A DNA stretch of 59,534 nt, filler included, from Dugesia japonica (taxonomy: Eukaryota): the NCBI GenBank assembly GCA_001938525.1. It is 6 parts of 6 records of this genome, joined end to end, with 100 filler letters (N's around TTAATTAATTAA, not from the genome) between each part and the next. Parts side by side here need not be neighbours in the genome. Positions count along the whole stretch, not along the records: positions 48,639 to 59,534 come from MQRL01498732.1; 5 more parts are not named here. The stretch is one strand, 5' to 3'. The number at the start of each line of letters is the position of its first letter. The stretch's first letter is position 1. The notes beneath the pieces were generated by a model, which was given only the letters and a program-made list of their open reading frames with translations, made no database searches and had not been told where the DNA came from. Positions 53,364 through 59,534 of the stretch are shown piece after piece. Position numbers and translations under genes: made by a program.

Positions 53364-56300
53364 AGTACATGGATAATTGCGCTCTGGACCACCCTCTCCC
53401 CCTCCCAAAAAAGAAAATTTTAACTTTGCGGATTTTTAACGTTTTTATTGCCCAACCACACGTTTTTAGAGTTTTTGATTGGCCAAAATTTTAAGGTCAA
53501 GGTCAACTGGCCTCAATTTTTGACGAGTTATCGTTGTGTTATTATGAGGTCATCGTAGGGATTTCATGTCAAGGTCATTTGTTTTTGTTTAAATTAAGTG
53601 AAATTAACGATTTTTATTTAAATTATTTGATTTTTATGATTGCTTTAAATTTACAGATTTTTGAGATTTTTATTTAAATTAATAGATTTAATGATTTTCA
53701 TAATTTTTCACAGAAGATCGATGGTAAAACCTTTTTTGTTAAAATTTTTAAATTTTGAAGTGAATTTCCCCCTGCCAATATTAAGATTAGATGCTTCTTA
53801 GACAATCTTAATAATAAAATATAAAAGACTAATCAAAACATAAAACACTTTGTTGATAAAACACATAATCTTCAGTGCACTATGTAATTGAACTTTGAAT
53901 AATGAGTCAACATTAATTTTTTGACCTTGCTTCCTGGAGCACATTGATGTTCGGCTGCTTGGGTAAGTCACTGAGGTAATCGTGAAGTTCGTTGGGAATC
54001 TCTATGTCAACTTCTAGAGTGTATCCATATTGTAACGACTTGAGATCTGCATATTTACATTCTTCTAAAACTTCTTCTAATCTACAATATACCTATTCAA
54101 AAACTTTGTATGGTAACTTCTGACTCAAAGCCCAACCATACAAGTTATTTATATCGATGTATAACAACTCTGTGTTTTCATCTAAAATAACATGGTGTTT
54201 GTTGACAAAGGTGAGTCCACCTCTAATTCCATCTTCAAAAAAGGTGTACATGTCGTTATCAGTCAAAAGCTTGATGGTTTCATTTAAAGTCATCATAGCA
54301 GATGCCCAGTTCATACCTGGAATGCCAAAGAAATTTAAGGGTTCCAGATGGTTGTGAACTAATGACTTGGCTCGGAATTGCTGAAAATAGTCAGCTAGAA
54401 GAAAGACGTCCAACTTCATGTACACCAGCATATAGTCCAGTAAGTTTTTGCATTTCAAGATTTTTCACATATCCACCACTTTTTTATGTTCTTCATTACT
54501 AACTCCATCCCATTTGGCGGCATTTTATTTGTATTAATCAGCACTTGTAAACTGGTAGCGTGATTGTATGGGGAAATCCTTTTTGTCCTTATAATTCTGT
54601 TGTCAATAAATTCATGTGATGTTAAAGGAGTTTTTTTAATGGTTTTAACAGCTGAATCTAGAGATGATTTGATAAATTGATTTGAATCAATAAATCGAAT
54701 AGTAGGTAACTTTGTTTGATGTACAATAAGACAAAAGAACTTTTCACTTGTAGTTGGAATAAAGCCAAGGCCCCAATGTGGCAACTGACGGACTCCATAC
54801 TTAAGAATATGATGCATGTCATATCCTCTTAAATTATGGAATACAACCGGTAACTGTATATTTATTCTTCTGTTTAGATTGCAACTGTTGCATGCTGCAC
54901 CCATGTATTCACCTCTGCAACGATTGTGGTCTCTAACAGAACTTACTAATGATTTCTTACATAAATGACATGTTTTGGTAGCAACAAAGCAAATTTCTTG
55001 ATCCAGAGTTATATTCATTTTCTTTTTACCATTATTCATATAATACAGATGCACAGTATTCTTGCTGATTTCCTCAATTTCTTTCAAAAATTTAAAAACA
55101 CAGTCGCTTCCGATTAATTTTTTATATTTTGTTTCGTTAATGTAGTTGTTAACTAACAGAAGTCCGGCATAATAGGTAAATGCTTTTGATAATAATCTTC
55201 ATGTGGTGATAATACTGATTCAAAATCAGCGTATATAGCACATGGAGAACTTATAGTTTTTGAGTAGTCTTTAAATTCTAAGTTAGGATCGGTCGGCATG
55301 GTATATAACGTGTTACCTGTCAGGATTGTACTACAAAGAGGTTCATGTTTTTCAAAAGCTGCATTATCTCGGAATCCATTTAAACAATTAGAGCACTATG
55401 TTGACCGTATTCGGACACCATTCTTTTTAATGTCTCTATTCATGAGTCTATAGAGATTTATTATGTTTGTGTAATGTAACTTTTGTTTATCTTCTAATTA
55501 TAATAAATTTATTTTTCTTCCCTTAGTTATTTTTGATCTATGAATTATGTCAAGATTTGGATGTTTCATTACAATATCATCGTCTTTAATGGCTTGTGAG
55601 TTCCAAGAGAGTACATTGATAGATAGTACTGGGTTTTATTTTTCAAATTTCGGAATGTTCACCAACTTCATTGGCATTTCCTTTAAATCGAATACAAGTT
55701 CTGACATGTATATTTTATATTTTGCTACTTGATACTTAAGATTTCTACCAACCATATCTTTTTTAAGCACAGAAAGAATAATATAGATGAAACCAAAATT
55801 ATCTGTGTTCTGAACATTGATTATTATTTGTTTTCTCGCAACGTCACTAGGAGTTGGAATATAACTGCTTCCCGTAAGACAACTTATATCACTAGTCTTT
55901 GTTTTCTTAAAACTTATTTCTAAGATACGAGATAATGTCCGACTACTTCCTAACTCTGAAATAATAATTATCTTTTCATTCATTGAATCGATGCCTTCTT
56001 CGAAAAACTTATCGCTTAAAGGGACTGCTCTTTTCGATAATCTACATGTTTTTATTTCTTCATCCTTGACGAATTCCGTATCTATTCCAAATTTTATTTT
56101 AACACTCTTCATTTCTTTCAAACATTTATCTATTAAACTATCCGGTAAAATTATTTGTTTCATATTTAATTTGTACACGTCAAGTTTCAATATTTGATGA
56201 CACTTATAAAGGTCACTTTCTATAGTAGGTTCATTAAGAAAACTGCCAACTTGCGTATCTTCTTCATCTAAAATATTTTATAAAAATATATCTGCATCTC

Positions 56301-57391
56301 TTTCTGCCTTATTTACTTCATTCATTTCTTCGATTATTTCAACATTACTCCAATCTGGTTCATTAATGACTTCTAATTCCTCGATAACATTCACTTCTGG
56401 ATCTAATTTTATTTTTTACATGTAATTTCGTCTAATATTTCAAATAATAATTGTTTATTACCAACAATAAAACATGTCAAATGATGTGCATGCAACCTAT
56501 AAAATTTATCATATGTACTAAAACCTAGTGTCGTGCATGCTAAAGTATTTCTTCATCATCTTTATGGCAGTCAACATTATGTCTTGTATTAGTACAGTAG
56601 TTTTTGTACAGTAAACATTTATCTTAAGGAATATATAACTCATTAAATTGCTATATAATTATAATCAAATCAATAAAATTACAATTAAAATCGATAAATA
56701 TATTCAGGTAAAATCATACTAAAAAGTAATAAAAACTTAAAAATATATATTTATCATTCATTAATATCAGAAAGTTAAATCATTAAATTAAATTAAAATA
56801 ATTCAGTTTTATCATTAAGTTCAATCATTTAGTTCAATTAAAATCATGAAGTTAAGTAAAAATTATTAAGTTAAAATTTGATAATATTATGTAAAATTTA
56901 AATCATTACAATAAAATTAAAATGATAGTTAACTTAACAATTTAAATAAAATCATTACAATAAACATTGTATAGAATTAACTTAATAATACACTAAAATT
57001 TGATATTTTTATGTTACGTTTTAATCATTACAATGTTAATAATAAAATATAAAAAACTAATTTTAATATTGCCAGGGGGAAATTCACTTCAAAATTTAAA
57101 AATTTTAACAGAAAAGATTTTCCTATCGATCTTCTGTGAAAAATTATGAAAATCATTAAATCAATTAATTTAAATAAAAATCGTTAATTTCACTTAATTT
57201 TAACAAAAACAAATGACCTTGACCTTAAAATTTCAATCAATCAAAACTTGACCTTAAAATTTAGGCCAATTAAAAACTCTAAAAACGTGTGGTTGGGCAA
57301 TAAAAACGTTAAAAATCGGGCCCAGTTAAAATTTTCTTTTTCGGGAGGGGGAGGGGGAGGGGGTGGCCTTGAGCACCACTATTCATCTACT
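53364..57391 (-). mobile_element. Internally deleted Polinton/Maverick-type element, 4028 bp, with long TIRs and 6-bp TSD
   Basis: CAAAGT at 53358-53363 and 57392-57397. Termini AGTAC.. / ..TCTACT. Inverted repeats ~53364-53785 and ~57063-57391 enclose a pPolB pseudogene. Confidence 0.92.
53875..56190 (-). pseudogene. Protein-primed DNA polymerase B (N-terminal region, endonuclease VII-like Zn domain, exonuclease, motif A); C-terminal half missing
   Basis: GSSYIPTP..INVQNTDN, YADFES (Exo I), CHLC..VRDH..GAACNSCNL, FHNLRGYD (Exo II), RFIDS, YMKLDVFLLAD (Exo III), IRGG, YIDINNLYGWA. Frameshifts present. No KxxxNSxYG or YxDTDS before the TIR. Confidence 0.9.
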
Positions 57392-58622
57392 CAAAGTTTA
57401 AAAAGTTAAAAGAATTTAAAAATTATTCGCTCTTTTATTTTTCATTTTTTCACTGATTTGACAATTTTTTCTTCATTCAAAGCTTTGCTTCTAGTTTGTT
57501 TCTAATTCAAATTCGTCTTTCATATTTCACTTTTTAAAAATATTAAACATTTTAAAAATATATTATATCACATGTTCTAAATAATTCATATCATATTTGT
57601 ATAATGTCTTTTATTACAGTCTTGTATCAAATGTTTATTTCATCTACATACATCGCAATTCTATCTCTGTCCATTGATTATTTGGTGGCTCAAAACAAAT
57701 TGCCGTTCTTAACTTTTATTAAAGATTTAACACTAATACCAGAGTATAATAAGCTATACAGTGTTTACATGAGATTGAAAATGAATTAACTTATCAGAAG
57801 AATTGTTACCATTACACAGGATAACATCGTCAGTATGTTTCAGCAACTTCTTACATTCATCTCATATCGTATCAGAAAACAAACTATTGTATGATTCTAT
57901 TAAAATTATATAAAACTGCTCAAAGGTTGGAAAGATTTTATTCCTGCGATATGTTTCGTAATTTCTAAATACAAAACGATCTTGTAAATTGAGATCTGGT
58001 TAGTAGGCAAGTTGTCTTAATAATTTAATACCGGAATTAAATCCACGCATTTACCAAGTATTGCGAAATAGCAGTTGGTGAAAACCCATTGTATATCATT
58101 GTTTCTATAAAATAGTGTAATTTCTAGTTCCATTATTGCGATATTTGAAATCTTAGATATAATTATTAACAGTTATGATAAATTAAAACGAGATGACTTT
58201 TACAAACATGATACTTTAGTAAATATTAGTAAAAATCATAAAAATTAGGCCATTTTTATGGGAAACAGTATATAAATTTGTAGTTAATAAAAATTAATTT
58301 AAATCAAATTATTTCAAACTAAAAATCTTTCGTTCATGATTAGAATAATGTTAAAATATTGAACAATCTTTTAAATTAGAAAATAAAAATTTTGATCTTT
58401 GTAATCTGAAAATTGTATGTCAAGATTTTCTATATTCAATTTATATTATTTTCAAAATTAATGATGATAAATCTATTATGAGAAAAATTTAATTGAAACA
58501 GAGGAAACGATTTACACATTATCAGATTGAAATGAAACTTGTTAATTATTTGCTTAGTATTGCATGCTGATAGGTCTGGCAATAGATTAAATATTCGTTT
58601 TAATTTGTATTATTATTATTAT

Positions 58623-58880
58623 TTAATGTGTTAGTTAATGTGTTAGTTAATGTGTTAGTTAATGTGTTAGTTAATGTATTAGTTAATGTGTTAGTTAATG
58701 TGTAAGTTAATGTGTAAGTTAATGTGTTAGTTAATGTGTAAGTTAATGTATTAGTTAATGTGTTAGTTAATGTATTAGTTAATGTGTTAGTTAATGTGTA
58801 AGTTAATGTGTAAGTTAATGTGTTAGTTAATGTGTTAGTTAATGTGTAAGTTAATGTGTTAGTTAATGTGTTAGTTAATG
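58623..58880. repeat. 12-bp minisatellite TTAATGTGTTAG (variants TTAATGTGTAAG, TTAATGTATTAG), ~21 copies
   Basis: Seen directly. Confidence 0.95.
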
Positions 58881-59534
58881 CGTTAAGTTGTTTAGTAAAG
58901 AATTTATGCAAATTTATGCTTACGAATTCGCGTTCTAAAGATTTATAAAAATTTATCTAGATATTATAGATATCTAGATTTTATAGAACTGTATTTTAGT
59001 TTAAAATGTAGTTTTTAATATTGAGAAAGTCTCAATATAATAATGAGAATACGATAAATTAATTCATGTGTACAATTGTACATGTAAAAGCATATTGATG
59101 AATAGTTAAATAATTAGAAAATGAATACTTTCAGTCAATAATTTAGTCAAATAAAGCCACATCATATGTACAAAATATCTGTTATACGAATAGATAATTA
59201 TTTTATTTTATCNNNNNNNNNNNNNNNNNNNNNNNNNNNNNNNNNNNNNNNNNNNNNNNNNNNNNNNNNNNNNNNNNNNNNNNNNNNNNNNNNNNNNNNN
59301 NNNNNNNNNNNNNNNNNNNNNNNNNNNNNNNNNNNNNNNNNNNNNNNNNNNNNNNNNNNNNNNNNNNNNNNNNNNNNNNNNNNNNNNNNNNNNNNNNNNN
59401 NNNNNNNNNNNATTTTAAATTAATCAAATAACCTTTAATCAGCTTACTTTTTAATCAATAACTTTTTTAAAACAAAAATAATTAAATATATGTTACTGTC
59501 TAGAATAAACTGTATTTTGAAAAAAATAAAACCA

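Noticed and set aside
54157-56197. Plus-strand ORFs within the Polinton element, and antisense ORFs over the Gypsy and pogo elements
   Set aside because: Shadow frames of the opposite-strand coding sequence.
58623-58880. Possible CRISPR array or telomeric repeat
   Set aside because: No unique spacers and no cas genes. The unit is not a known telomere motif and the array is internal.

Overview
Very AT-rich eukaryotic (animal-like) draft-genome sequence with spliceosomal introns. It consists of at least six contigs joined by artificial N44-TTAATTAATTAA-N44 linkers. Three spliced host genes are partly reconstructable: a MEKK/MAP3K-like kinase whose catalytic HRD and DFG motifs read HNN and DFI (probable pseudokinase, + strand, ~383-8426), an unknown gene (- strand, ~22320-30484), and the last two exons of a MYLIP/IDOL-like RING E3 ligase (- strand, 34321-37078). 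The rest is mostly decayed mobile DNA: Ty3/Gypsy retroelements (one a three-layer nest inside a 7-kb intron), mariner/Tc1, hAT, pogo, Merlin and several MITEs. The most notable structure is a 4.0-kb internally deleted Polinton/Maverick-type element (53364-57391) with long TIRs, AG..CT termini, a perfect 6-bp TSD and a truncated protein-primed DNA polymerase B. A second polB fragment (~40492) shares a contig with a cluster of compact orphan ORFs (44.9-48.5 kb), one apparently interrupted by a 29-nt intron. All homology calls come from motif recognition by eye; no searches were run.
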